A DNA stretch of 64,000 bases from positions 174-64,173 of the IMG/VR virus record IMGVR_UViG_3300037466_002669, one strand, 5' to 3'. A program made the position numbers and the translations under genes. Numbering within the stretch: the first letter of the stretch is position 1; the number at the start of each line of letters is the position of its first letter. The notes beneath the pieces were generated by a model, which was given only the letters and a program-made list of their open reading frames with translations, did no database searches and was not told where the DNA came from. Source of the stretch: a virus. Taxonomy: Duplodnaviria > Caudoviricetes. Below are positions 35,843 to 46,113 of the stretch, piece after piece.

Positions 35843-35879
35843 ATTAGCCTTCTATCCCAAAACCTTTAGTTTAATTTTG
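35843..35879 (+). promoter_or_regulatory. Late promoter 4: ATTAGC-N8-CCAAAA-N9-TAATTTTG
   Basis: Degenerate copy of the motif. Confidence 0.6.
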
Positions 35880-35884
35880 GAGGA

Positions 35885-38800
35885 ATGTTACCGTATAAAA
35901 CATTCCTTTACTTTCTATTGGATACTCCAACAGGTAAAGTATATTACCGTGATAATGGCACTTTAAAGATTCAGATAATTACTGCTGATTCTGACGTTTC
36001 TCTTAAAAACGCTCCTTTAAACTGGCTCGATACAGAATTATCTTTTGCCCGTAATTCGACTTACCACGGGATAAACAGATCTTATTCTACCCCACAGGAA
36101 TTTGTAAAGGATGCCGTAGTAATGATCAAAGAACTGTTCTTATTAGGCGTAGGTACAGAAGTTCCTTTAACGCTGGCTGTATTTAAATATAATTCACAAC
36201 CGCTCACCGGCGAACCTCAATACAAACTTTATTTTAAAGCCAATCTTGACCTTCCGGAAATAAACGAAACGGTACTGGAAACTCTCACGGTGAATTTAAT
36301 GGAGGGCGGCGTAACACAATTACTAAAGTCTTACGAAGGAACCACCTTACAAATTCCTTGCGATGGCTCAATTCAGGAAAATCAAAAAGTAAATTTGGAC
36401 GGCCTTTTAGTACCGGATGTATTTTACTACCAGACTGTTCCCCTGAAAGATTTAACCGAAGTAAAACCACTATGGATTTCAATTTCTCCACTTCCTCTCA
36501 CTTTCGTTAATAACGAAGGCGATAATTATGGCATTATTCACAACGATCAGACCTTAGAAGTGATTACCTATGACGGCTCTATTGATCCTAACCAGATAAT
36601 TACTTATTCCGCAACTTCTCCTAATTATCTTTTCTTGTCTGTAAGTAAGATCACTCTTTCAATAAAAGGATCACTTCCGTTAAGATATAATAACCCGGCT
36701 CAGGTTCAATTATTTCTTTCGACAAGCCAGGGGCAACTTATTCCCGTATCAGATAATTATTTTTCAGACAGTCACAGAATAATAACTTTTTCTATTGATA
36801 CGCAAATCACACTTGATGAAAACGAGGCGTTATTTTTATTTATTCAGATCAGAAACCCGTCTGGAGACATAACCCTTTCAAGAAATTTAATTGATGTTTT
36901 GAATGGCTCTTTTTCTCTTTCTTTTGTTTCCCAGGCTAAACCAACGCGCGCATGGGCCATAAGTGCTGCAGATCTCTTCAAATTAATGGTGAAAGAAATC
37001 TGTTTACTCGCCTCTACAACTAATCAGACTTTTAATTATTCAGCAGTAAGCAGTCTTTTAGCGGCGAACCTGAATATAATGTTTACTTCAGGGGATGCTC
37101 TCAGGGCTTCAGGGGATAGTTCTTATCAGAGGTTCTTTTCTTTAACTCAAAATAATAATATTCTTCAAACTTCATTCGGGCCGGTTATTAAGCTGACTTT
37201 AAAAGATTTCTACCAGGCAATAGAAACAATTCTGGTGGCTGAATTGAACGCAGGCCATAACGGTGTAACTGAAACGCTGGAAATTGAAGATTTAGAATCG
37301 ATTTATGATAGCAGTGTAGTTGATTTTTCTATTGGCGAAATGGCTTCTTTAAAATGGAATTTTGCGAAAGATTTGGCCTTTTCAGATTTAGAAATAGGTT
37401 ATCCACCGCAAACTTACGACCAGAAAGCCGGGAAGTATGAGTACAATACTACTCTTGAAATGAAGGCTCCAATTAATTCGTTTTCAAAGAAACTTTCTAA
37501 AATCTCAAAGATAAGGTTTGATTCTTACGGCATAGAGAGGCTTCGCTCGAATGTAGGAGCCCCGACTTCGACCACTCGGAACGATTCAGATAACGGCGTA
37601 TTCGGATTAAACGTTGATCTTAACCAAACTATTTTTGATTATTACAGTGCTGGGTTTACATCTCAGATTCCCGATCCAGGCAATCCGTTAAACACGAATA
37701 TTAACTTTCAGCAAAATGTAAGCTGTCAGCAAATACCAGCAACTTCTTTTGATGGAGAATACTTCCAGCCCAATACGGATAACGCCATTGTCATGTTTAG
37801 CGTGCCGGGATATATTGTTAATGAAACCTGCAATCTTACTGTTAGCGGGCTGATCAATTCAGTAAATAAGCCCCCACTAGCCCCGGACGATAGCTTTACA
37901 CTTAAATTGTGGCATAATGGGCAAGTAATCTATACTTATACCGTGGGAGTTTCGGGGGTGAATACGCCTATCTCTATTAATTACGACTTCACTCAGTTTT
38001 TCGCTTATAAGGACTGGGTCTATATTACGATGGAAACCACCGCTACCGGTGAAGCCACCATTAACACAGCTTCACTTAATATCGGTACTTACATAATAAT
38101 GAACGCGGCAAATATCCCGGTACTTTCAGGAAGTTTCAAATTACTTTCATGGCTTTCTTTTAGCCCGGATTCCAAACCGTATGTAGAAACCTCTCACGTC
38201 CAGTATGGATTCCAGTATTTTGTCTTTAACTCGCTCGTTCCCAATACAAACTTTTTACTTCAGTCTTTCTTTAATTCATGGATTTCTAACCAGGTTGCGG
38301 ATTTTTCGGTTGATTGTCATATAAACGATTTAGTTCAAAGTTCAGTTGTTACTGGCTCTGTTGATGGATTGCCGTTGGTAAATAGTATCAGTCTACCTCG
38401 CGATTATGCTTTAAATGATATTGTATTTTTTTCTGCAAATGTTTTAGGCAGCGTTTTAAACGTTTCCATGACAAGCCTGGACGTCACTTTCTACTCCACT
38501 CAAATAAAGTGCTATTCCTTAAAAAGAGTGCAGTATGATTCACTTTCAGGTGTTCCAAATATTGCTAAAAATGACGCAGGAGAAATAAGAACAGATATTT
38601 CGGGTGCTCCCTATAATATTGAGGACTTAACGCCAAAGACTTTATACAGAAAATGGAGGAATTATATTATGTCCACCTTTATGGATCAGGTAACAGGATT
38701 AATGAAGTTTCAAACGTTGAGTAAAAACTCTTACCTCTCAAGATCTATTAACGGCGAAGTGATCACAGAAAATTCCGATGAACAGGTACTGGGATTTAAA

Positions 38801-40003
38801 CGGCTGTTTTATCCGATCGAACTACAGGTAAAAGCGAACGTTCCCTTAGGATTCGCAGAACTGATGAACAAAACGAAAAACGCTCATATTCACGGCACAT
38901 TTATGGGAACGGATATTTATTTCTTTGCGGATTCCCTTAATCAGAAAGCAGCCTTAAATGAATCGCAGACCTGGAAAGCAATCCTTTCTCCCAAAACAGA
39001 TTTAACAGCTTTTGCACGAATAACATCTTTTAAAATTCCCGCTATGGAAGACAATCAAATATCGTATGCCTTTTCTAACGCAATTCAGTTAGTGCCCTAT
39101 AACCAAACCTTACCGGATAAATACCACACAAGAAACCGTGATACGTTCTTATTTAAAGACCAGATAGGCAATTGGGTAAATCAGGATGATTATGGCCAAC
39201 CAGTTCAAATCGGCGATCCGTTGCCGTTCCAGTTTATTACGAACGGACTAAGTAACATTACTTACACGGTTTATAATTGTGACGGCATTTACTTAGGCCC
39301 AACGGCTTTGGATGTAGCTATTTCACCTGCTGTAAGTGATCCTTATGCATTGTGGCAAAAAATTATTGATACAACAGGATGGGCGCGCGATAATTATTAC
39401 ATCGTGATCAGCGCTGCCGGTTCGCCTGTTTATAGAAGTGAGCCGTTATGGTTAAGGAATAAGATTGAACTGGAAGGCAGCGTACTACTGGAAGCCACCA
39501 ACACCTTTAATACACAAGGAATTGTATTTGATGCGGGATTTGTGATCTCGATGCGTTTCAAAGGTGGTTATGATAATAAATTCAAACAAAAGTACTTGGG
39601 CAAATTCTACATAGATCAACCCCAAGACATTACCGTTCTTAACGCGATTCCGTATGAAACGAGCACCCTTTTAATCGGCCGCGATGGTGGAGTTCCGGAT
39701 TACGTTCCTAAGAAGATTTTAAGAATGCTATTGATGGACGGATGTATGTTGGACGGCGAAGGGTTCTCTTTAAATGACGGCGCAGAACTGGAAGAGGTCT
39801 TTACCAAAGGTGCACCAAAGAAATTCCAAAAAGTAGAAATCAGACCATCCAAGAATAAGCCCGGAATTAGCACACTTCCTTCCGGTGTGTCTTCGGATGA
39901 TAGTAGTATGATTGTAACAGTTAATCCGCAATCTTTTGGCCCGAACGTAACTAATTCAAGTGGTACGACTGAAACAGATTTAATAAGTATTATAGTAGAA
40001 TAA
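35885..40003 (+). CDS. Large tail tip/structural protein
   Basis: 1372 aa, beta-rich, downstream of tape measure gene. Confidence 0.75.
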   Translation: MLPYKTFLYFLLDTPTGKVYYRDNGTLKIQIITADSDVSLKNAPLNWLDTELSFARNSTYHGINRSYSTPQEFVKDAVVMIKELFLLGVGTEVPLTLAVFKYNSQPLTGEPQYKLYFKANLDLPEINETVLETLTVNLMEGGVTQLLKSYEGTTLQIPCDGSIQENQKVNLDGLLVPDVFYYQTVPLKDLTEVKPLWISISPLPLTFVNNEGDNYGIIHNDQTLEVITYDGSIDPNQIITYSATSPNYLFLSVSKITLSIKGSLPLRYNNPAQVQLFLSTSQGQLIPVSDNYFSDSHRIITFSIDTQITLDENEALFLFIQIRNPSGDITLSRNLIDVLNGSFSLSFVSQAKPTRAWAISAADLFKLMVKEICLLASTTNQTFNYSAVSSLLAANLNIMFTSGDALRASGDSSYQRFFSLTQNNNILQTSFGPVIKLTLKDFYQAIETILVAELNAGHNGVTETLEIEDLESIYDSSVVDFSIGEMASLKWNFAKDLAFSDLEIGYPPQTYDQKAGKYEYNTTLEMKAPINSFSKKLSKISKIRFDSYGIERLRSNVGAPTSTTRNDSDNGVFGLNVDLNQTIFDYYSAGFTSQIPDPGNPLNTNINFQQNVSCQQIPATSFDGEYFQPNTDNAIVMFSVPGYIVNETCNLTVSGLINSVNKPPLAPDDSFTLKLWHNGQVIYTYTVGVSGVNTPISINYDFTQFFAYKDWVYITMETTATGEATINTASLNIGTYIIMNAANIPVLSGSFKLLSWLSFSPDSKPYVETSHVQYGFQYFVFNSLVPNTNFLLQSFFNSWISNQVADFSVDCHINDLVQSSVVTGSVDGLPLVNSISLPRDYALNDIVFFSANVLGSVLNVSMTSLDVTFYSTQIKCYSLKRVQYDSLSGVPNIAKNDAGEIRTDISGAPYNIEDLTPKTLYRKWRNYIMSTFMDQVTGLMKFQTLSKNSYLSRSINGEVITENSDEQVLGFKRLFYPIELQVKANVPLGFAELMNKTKNAHIHGTFMGTDIYFFADSLNQKAALNESQTWKAILSPKTDLTAFARITSFKIPAMEDNQISYAFSNAIQLVPYNQTLPDKYHTRNRDTFLFKDQIGNWVNQDDYGQPVQIGDPLPFQFITNGLSNITYTVYNCDGIYLGPTALDVAISPAVSDPYALWQKIIDTTGWARDNYYIVISAAGSPVYRSEPLWLRNKIELEGSVLLEATNTFNTQGIVFDAGFVISMRFKGGYDNKFKQKYLGKFYIDQPQDITVLNAIPYETSTLLIGRDGGVPDYVPKKILRMLLMDGCMLDGEGFSLNDGAELEEVFTKGAPKKFQKVEIRPSKNKPGISTLPSGVSSDDSSMIVTVNPQSFGPNVTNSSGTTETDLISIIVE

Positions 40004-40013
40004 TACTATAATT

Positions 40014-40050
40014 TTTAGCCATAAATTACTAAAGGCTTTGGGTAATTTTG
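40014..40050 (+). promoter_or_regulatory. Late promoter 5: TTTAGC-N8-ACTAAA-N9-TAATTTTG
   Basis: Direct reading. Confidence 0.75.
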
Positions 40051-40054
40051 TTTA

Positions 40055-41419
40055 ATGCAAATAAGCGTATCAAGCCAGACTACCCTGCTAAATGCAAGCA
40101 ATTTTTTTGTTTTTGCGCTTTATGATGCATCGGCCCCAACTGTATTACTGGAATCGCAGCAGCCCCCAAAACCTTACGGCAACCCTATTCAAATATCCTT
40201 TACGTACAACTGCCTGGCAGGGCATATCTATATAATCAAGTTATGGGAATCTCCTGATGATACCCCTACAGGCATCGTACGTAACTCATTTTCTCAGGCG
40301 GTTAACTCAAATGAAAGCTCCGTTAAAATTAAGTTAGACGAATATTTAGAAGCAGATCTTACCGCCGGACTTGTAAGCGGTACAACTGCTTACGTAAATA
40401 CAGACTGGGCAGGATGGGATTACTCAATAGAAAGGGTAGGTGCAGGAACGATGACACCGGATTCTGAAGTGAGCGCCAACCCACAGTATCATCAAGATGC
40501 TACAGGAGGTTTCCATTTAATTATCGACGGAGATGTTTTTGCCGCAAACGAAAAGTTTGTAGTAAGATTCATTCCACAGGTAGTTTCTATTACTCCTGCA
40601 GGCGTTCCTTCTTCTATATTCTCCGATGGGAGAATAGTCACAGCGGATGCCACTTTGACTCTTACGGACATAGGGAAAGCAATATTTATTCAATCGGCGA
40701 CCACGAAGATCACAATTGCTTTACCGGCCTTATCCACCGTTTCAGATTATTCGTTTTTTTATCTCTTTTCTAATGGTGGTTTACATTATAACGCAATTAT
40801 TCAGGCGCCAGGATCAGACAAATTCTTATTTAATACAGACCGATCACAGCTTATTTTAGGCCAATGCGAAAACGCCAAAATCTTCAAAGCAAACGGAAAG
40901 TGGAATATCGAAAACGACTTACCAGGGGTTTTGAAAGTGGGAGAACTATTTCATACTCACATGGGAGAGGAAATAAATTCCCTGCCATTGTCAGGCCAGC
41001 TGGTTTCCCGTGCTGATTATCCGAGACTTTGGGCATGGGCTCAATCTCTTCCGTCTGGAAGTATCGTTGCTGATTCTGCATGGACTTCAACAAGTGTTAC
41101 AGTCGATGATATCGGGTACTACACTTTAAAAGGCGGTTTTAGTGTAGGAGATGGATCAACAACTTTCCGCCTTCCTTTAATTGACAAATATTTTATTCGT
41201 CCTATTAATTCTGACAGGGTTGCAGGATCTCTTGAACTTCAAACAGTACAATTACACGACCACGGAATTACAGGGTCAAGTCTTACCAACTTTGGCGGCA
41301 ATGGATGGGTTCCGGCTGTTAATCCGCGGACTCCTGAAAGTGCAGGACGCACCGACAAAGCTGGCAGCGTAGAAACCAAACCAACAAATATCGGAGTTCC
41401 CTTATTAATCAGAATATGA
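40055..41419 (+). CDS. Tail protein with C-terminal phage tail collar domain
   Basis: GQLVSRADYPRLW...GDGSTTFRLP...ETKPTNIGVPLLIRI. Confidence 0.8.
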   Translation: MQISVSSQTTLLNASNFFVFALYDASAPTVLLESQQPPKPYGNPIQISFTYNCLAGHIYIIKLWESPDDTPTGIVRNSFSQAVNSNESSVKIKLDEYLEADLTAGLVSGTTAYVNTDWAGWDYSIERVGAGTMTPDSEVSANPQYHQDATGGFHLIIDGDVFAANEKFVVRFIPQVVSITPAGVPSSIFSDGRIVTADATLTLTDIGKAIFIQSATTKITIALPALSTVSDYSFFYLFSNGGLHYNAIIQAPGSDKFLFNTDRSQLILGQCENAKIFKANGKWNIENDLPGVLKVGELFHTHMGEEINSLPLSGQLVSRADYPRLWAWAQSLPSGSIVADSAWTSTSVTVDDIGYYTLKGGFSVGDGSTTFRLPLIDKYFIRPINSDRVAGSLELQTVQLHDHGITGSSLTNFGGNGWVPAVNPRTPESAGRTDKAGSVETKPTNIGVPLLIRI

Positions 41420-42381
41420 AAAAACTATTTACAATATTACTAGTCTTAATTTCTTTGACCTCACAAAGTCAGGTATTGCAAGAACCTACTATTTACGGGA
41501 TCTTGTATAACATTAATGGAGCGAAAACCGCAACCCTTGTTCCTACCGTTAACGGTGTTCCAGTTTTACCTACTCCTCTAAAAAAATACAATCAAGGCGC
41601 CATCTGGATAGATTCTACCAATAAAAAACTTTACTTCTATAACCCTTCCGATTCTTCCTATAACGAAGCAGGTCTATCTCAATCCACAGTAGACAGTATT
41701 TTAGGAGGGTATTATACTAGAGGACAAGTAGATAGTATAATAGCAGTAACTAAATCTCTTTTTAACGGCGGTACAACAGGGCAAACTTTAGTAAAAAACA
41801 GCAATACAGATTTAGATTTTAGCTGGAGTACGCCCGCGGGTTCGACTAATAGTAATACAGGTTCGGGGTATAGGCTCGCAGTTCCTTTCACGAATAATAT
41901 AAGAACAATATTTTCAGTTTCGCCAATTCTATTAGACAGCGTAACAAATACTAATGCACTGACTTTTACTTTTGACACAACTTTATATCATAGTACAGCT
42001 TACAGTAATACTGTTTACGGTTCACTTTCTCAGCAAAACACCAACACTTCAAACATTGCAAGTAATACAACTGCTATTACAGGTAAACAAAATTCTTTAA
42101 CTCTCACTACAACCGGAACAAGCGGTGCGGCTACTTTAACAGGGAGTACTTTAAATATTCCGCAATATACAGGCGGCGGAATAACAGCCGATAGCATTAT
42201 AACAGCAACAGCAGGACAAACTTCATTCATATTTTCAAGTGTGCCAGCTTCAATAAATGATTACATAATTTTTATTAACGGAAATGCTACGACAAATTTC
42301 ACTACTTCAGGTAATACGATAACTCTTGGAATGACAGATTTACTTGCAGGTGACAAAGTAAGATACAAAAGAATAAAATGA
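41416..42381 (+). CDS. Tail-fibre-like protein with N-terminal signal peptide
   Basis: MKKLFTILLVLISLTSQSQ; fibre motifs GGTTGQTLVK, LTLTTTGTSGAATLTGSTLNIPQY. Confidence 0.65.
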   Translation: MKKLFTILLVLISLTSQSQVLQEPTIYGILYNINGAKTATLVPTVNGVPVLPTPLKKYNQGAIWIDSTNKKLYFYNPSDSSYNEAGLSQSTVDSILGGYYTRGQVDSIIAVTKSLFNGGTTGQTLVKNSNTDLDFSWSTPAGSTNSNTGSGYRLAVPFTNNIRTIFSVSPILLDSVTNTNALTFTFDTTLYHSTAYSNTVYGSLSQQNTNTSNIASNTTAITGKQNSLTLTTTGTSGAATLTGSTLNIPQYTGGGITADSIITATAGQTSFIFSSVPASINDYIIFINGNATTNFTTSGNTITLGMTDLLAGDKVRYKRIK

Positions 42382-44351
42382 GAATTATTTTAACGATATT
42401 ATTTCTTTTTTCAGTTGCTTACGGGCAAACAAATTATTACGTTTCTAATGCAGGGAATGATAGTAATGATGGGCTTACCACAACAACAGCGTGGCAAACG
42501 CTTTCTAAAGTAAATGCCTCAACATTTAATGCAGGCGATTCTATCCTACTTAAAAGAGGCGATTCGTGGAATGAGAAGCTGACTTTAACAAGCTCAGGAA
42601 GTGCGGGAAGTCCTATTGTAGTGAGTGCTTACGGGTCAGGAGTAAAGCCGCTAGTAACCGGATTTCAAACACTCACAGGCTTTGTAAATACCAGTGGGAA
42701 TATTTGGACGGTAACAGCATCAAATTCAGTTCCTAGTTTAAACACGGTATTAGTCGATGGGAAGATTCAGGCTAAAGGACGTTACCCCAATGCGAGTGGG
42801 GTAAATGGAGGGTATTTAACTTACCAGACAGCAACCCAAACATCTTTAACGTCAAGTTCTCTTACTGGTGCTCCAAACTACACCGGCAAAGAATGTGTAG
42901 TAAGAACTGCTGCATGGATTCTTGATGTGGTGAAGGTTGCTTCTCAATCAACAAGTACTTTAAACTTTAGCCAATTGTTGACTTATAATGCCGGTACATT
43001 GGGGGGATCAGGGTTCTTCTTTCAAAATGACAGTACCTTTTTAGATGTTCAGGGAGAATGGAGTTTTGATTCAGCAACAAAAAGACTACAGGTTTATTCA
43101 ATTTCCTCACCAACAGTTCAGATTTCAACTATTGACACCTTAATTTATGTCAATGGCCATCATTATATCACTTTTGACAATCTTTCTATAACAGGAGCCA
43201 ACAAGGCGGCATTCCAGTTTGATTCATTAAGTAATATTACTGTACAGAATAGTTCCATAAATAACTCTGGAAACATCGCCTTATCGGCTCAAAAATCATC
43301 CGACCTCTCTATCATAAATGACAGTGTTCAAAACTCTTTAAGTAACGGCATTTTCTTCAAAAGTATATACTACAACAACTTAATGATTGACACCTGTAAT
43401 TATCCTGTAATAAGTAATAATTATATTAAAAACACGGGTATCTATGCTGGAATGGGTATGAGTAACAATGGCAGATATGTGGGCGTTTATGTAATAGGTC
43501 ACAAGCCTAACATATCTAATAACCAAATAGATTCGACAGGATATAATAGTTTAATGTTCAATGGTGACACCTCTCTAATCGAGAAAAACTATGTGAGCAA
43601 TTTTTGTTTTGTAAAAGACGATGGCGCAGGAATTTACACAGTAGTAGGAACGTACATTCCGGCTGATTACAATAATGGCTCTATTATAAGAAAAAACATC
43701 GTTGTTAATGGAGTTGGTGCACCGCAAGGTAAGTCATTTCGTGCAGAGGCTTATGGTATTTACCTAGACAATGGCATTAAAAATATAGCCATAGATTCCA
43801 ACGCAATTTATAATGCGACGTTTGGAGGGCTTTATTTACATGAAGCTGATTCTAATACCGTCAGGGTTAATAATGTTTTTAATACCGTTGGGAACGGGTT
43901 TTATTATAATGGAGACAACTCTTTAATATCTGCCGGAGGGAATCAGATTAAAAATAATGCTTTCTATTCTTCTTCTCCATCCTGGTACAATATATTAAGA
44001 TCATCTGGAACTAATTTGGGTAATATCGATAGCAACTATTATTCTCGCCCTTCTGATACCCTTACAAATTTCAGCTTAAATGGCGTAAACTACGCGCTTG
44101 CAGGGTGGAAATCAGCAAGTGGGAAAGATTTAAATTCTGTAGGAACTCCGCTAGGAATAGTAAGTAGTTCAGCAACTATCGTTTATAATCCTACTCAAAA
44201 CGATAGCACGATTTCTTTTACGAACAGAAAAATGTCAATAAGAAACGTTCGTTACAATTCAATAACATTGGCCCCCTTTGCTTCAGCTATTCTCTTTGAT
44301 GAGATTATCACAATTGCCCCAAGACAATACCAATATAAACATTACCAATGA
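42378..44351 (+). CDS. Right-handed parallel beta-helix protein with signal peptide (depolymerase/adhesin-like)
   Basis: YYVSNAGNDSNDG..AWQTL N-cap, PbH1-like Asn-rich repeats, KDDGAGIY. Confidence 0.75.
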   Translation: MRIILTILFLFSVAYGQTNYYVSNAGNDSNDGLTTTTAWQTLSKVNASTFNAGDSILLKRGDSWNEKLTLTSSGSAGSPIVVSAYGSGVKPLVTGFQTLTGFVNTSGNIWTVTASNSVPSLNTVLVDGKIQAKGRYPNASGVNGGYLTYQTATQTSLTSSSLTGAPNYTGKECVVRTAAWILDVVKVASQSTSTLNFSQLLTYNAGTLGGSGFFFQNDSTFLDVQGEWSFDSATKRLQVYSISSPTVQISTIDTLIYVNGHHYITFDNLSITGANKAAFQFDSLSNITVQNSSINNSGNIALSAQKSSDLSIINDSVQNSLSNGIFFKSIYYNNLMIDTCNYPVISNNYIKNTGIYAGMGMSNNGRYVGVYVIGHKPNISNNQIDSTGYNSLMFNGDTSLIEKNYVSNFCFVKDDGAGIYTVVGTYIPADYNNGSIIRKNIVVNGVGAPQGKSFRAEAYGIYLDNGIKNIAIDSNAIYNATFGGLYLHEADSNTVRVNNVFNTVGNGFYYNGDNSLISAGGNQIKNNAFYSSSPSWYNILRSSGTNLGNIDSNYYSRPSDTLTNFSLNGVNYALAGWKSASGKDLNSVGTPLGIVSSSATIVYNPTQNDSTISFTNRKMSIRNVRYNSITLAPFASAILFDEIITIAPRQYQYKHYQ

Positions 44352-45613
44352 AAAAAAATACTATCCTAATGAAAAAAATACTATTAAGCATATTATTATT
44401 ATCACCTTTCTTTTTAGTGGCCCAACAGGCAAGGGTACTGAATGGGCAATATAACGATGGGCAAAGTTTCGGCAAACCTATTCCTGATACCGTTAGAACA
44501 CTCGTAGCCACATCTCCCTTATCCATCGCAAGCGGTGGGGCTTCTTTGGTAGACACTATTAAATCCAGTGGCTCAGGAACTCCGGCTGGCTCAAATGGGT
44601 ATATTCAATTTAATAATTCTGGTAGTTTTGGAGCAAGTTCAAACCTTTTCTGGGACAATACAAATAGTAGGCTTGGATTGGGAGGTGTACCCAGCTATCC
44701 ACTTCATATTCAAACAAACGCAAATTCAACACAAAGAATACGTATTGAAAATATCAATACTGGTTACGCAGCAGTAGCTCAGATTGATGCAGGAAATGGA
44801 ACAGGCTCTTTTAAGGAGGGAGTGACAAGTACTGGATTCACTCCTAATGGTCTCCTTGTTCCCAATACAGTTTTCTTTCAATCTAGCGCTGCAAGCAGGC
44901 TTTTGTTTCAGTCCGTATCTACTACTGCACCGATTATTTTTGCAAGTGGCACAGATGGTTTAGGTAATACAGAAATAATGAGAATGTTTGTAAACGGCAC
45001 TGTGGCCATTGCGCAAAATACAGACAGCACCTCTGGAAAATTGGTTGTCGGCGGAAATATAGTAGCAGGGAACAATATAATAGACGCAACCAACAACAGA
45101 ATAGGAGTAAATACTAAAGTACCAATCCACGCCCTTGACGTTCAGGGAGCATCAGGTAATACCATTGTAGGGGTTGGTGATAATTTCGGCACCGCGCCAC
45201 TTATCTATTTACAGGCGGATGCTACTAACGGGGTTGTATCCTTTAATTCAAGACGGAATTACCCTTTCGCTATTCTTGTTAATAATACAGAGTACATAAG
45301 AACATTAACGACCGGCAATACAGGATTTGGGCTGACTGTTCCAACTGCGATAATTCACATAAAGGCAGGTACGGCAACAGCCGGAACAGCACCTTTAAAA
45401 TTTACATCTGGGATCAACTTGACTACATCGGAAGCGGGAGCAATGGAATACGATGGCAATAATTTATTTTTTACGCCAAGTTCAGCTGTTAGGAATGCCC
45501 TTTTAATGACGGCGTCTGTTAATACTGTTTCACCAACTTCGCCTAATAGGACTTTGACCGTAGTAATTAACGGAACCACATATTACATACCAGCTAAAAC
45601 TTCAAATGACTAA
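44348..45613 (+). CDS. Tail-fibre-like protein with signal peptide
   Basis: MKKILLSILLLSPFFLVA-QQ; PAGSNGYIQFNNSGSFGASSNLFWD and RIGVNT beta-repeat motifs. Confidence 0.65.
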   Translation: MKKNTILMKKILLSILLLSPFFLVAQQARVLNGQYNDGQSFGKPIPDTVRTLVATSPLSIASGGASLVDTIKSSGSGTPAGSNGYIQFNNSGSFGASSNLFWDNTNSRLGLGGVPSYPLHIQTNANSTQRIRIENINTGYAAVAQIDAGNGTGSFKEGVTSTGFTPNGLLVPNTVFFQSSAASRLLFQSVSTTAPIIFASGTDGLGNTEIMRMFVNGTVAIAQNTDSTSGKLVVGGNIVAGNNIIDATNNRIGVNTKVPIHALDVQGASGNTIVGVGDNFGTAPLIYLQADATNGVVSFNSRRNYPFAILVNNTEYIRTLTTGNTGFGLTVPTAIIHIKAGTATAGTAPLKFTSGINLTTSEAGAMEYDGNNLFFTPSSAVRNALLMTASVNTVSPTSPNRTLTVVINGTTYYIPAKTSND

Positions 45614-45831
45614 TGAAAATACTATTTCTTTTATTGATTCCAATTCTAGTAAACGCACAAGAGAAAAAAGATACTTCAATCTATATTTTAAAAGGTAAAA
45701 TACCTGATTTCCAAATGCTTTATAAAGCTGTAACGCAGCCCCGTGATGTAACGCCTAATCAACAGGAAGCAATCGCAAAATGGATTGAGGGGATTAAACC
45801 TGAAAAAGAAAAAGCTGATTCTACTAAATGA
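45613..45831 (+). CDS. Small secreted protein
   Basis: MKILFLLLIPILVNA-Q. Confidence 0.65.
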   Translation: MKILFLLLIPILVNAQEKKDTSIYILKGKIPDFQMLYKAVTQPRDVTPNQQEAIAKWIEGIKPEKEKADSTK

Positions 45832-45868
45832 AAACCCTAACCATATTAACCTTCAAAACAGATCAAAC

Positions 45869-45958
45869 ATGACTAAAGAAAAAGAAGACCATATCCCATT
45901 TGCCTTAATGATTATCCTCTTACTGGCAATGTTGGTGGGGGCTATCTTTTCAATATAA
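45869..45958 (+). CDS. 29-aa membrane peptide (not in ORF track)
   Basis: MTKEKEDHIPFALMIILLLAMLVGAIFSI. Confidence 0.4.
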   Translation: MTKEKEDHIPFALMIILLLAMLVGAIFSI

Positions 45959-46076
45959 TTCCCGTGCTCACCGAAGGGAACAAAACTGCCGGTGAAAAAC
46001 ATTTATAACTAAGGGATTTTAAAGGAAATCCTTGCAAAATGGATTGTTCAGGTTATTAGATTTTAAACTTTAAGGG

Positions 46077-46105
46077 AGGAGGTTTTTAGTTAGCGAAAAG
46101 CCTCC
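46077..46105 (+). terminator. Hairpin (terminator-like)
   Basis: ggaggtttt...aaaagcctcc. Confidence 0.5.
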
Positions 46106-46113
46106 TTATTTAT

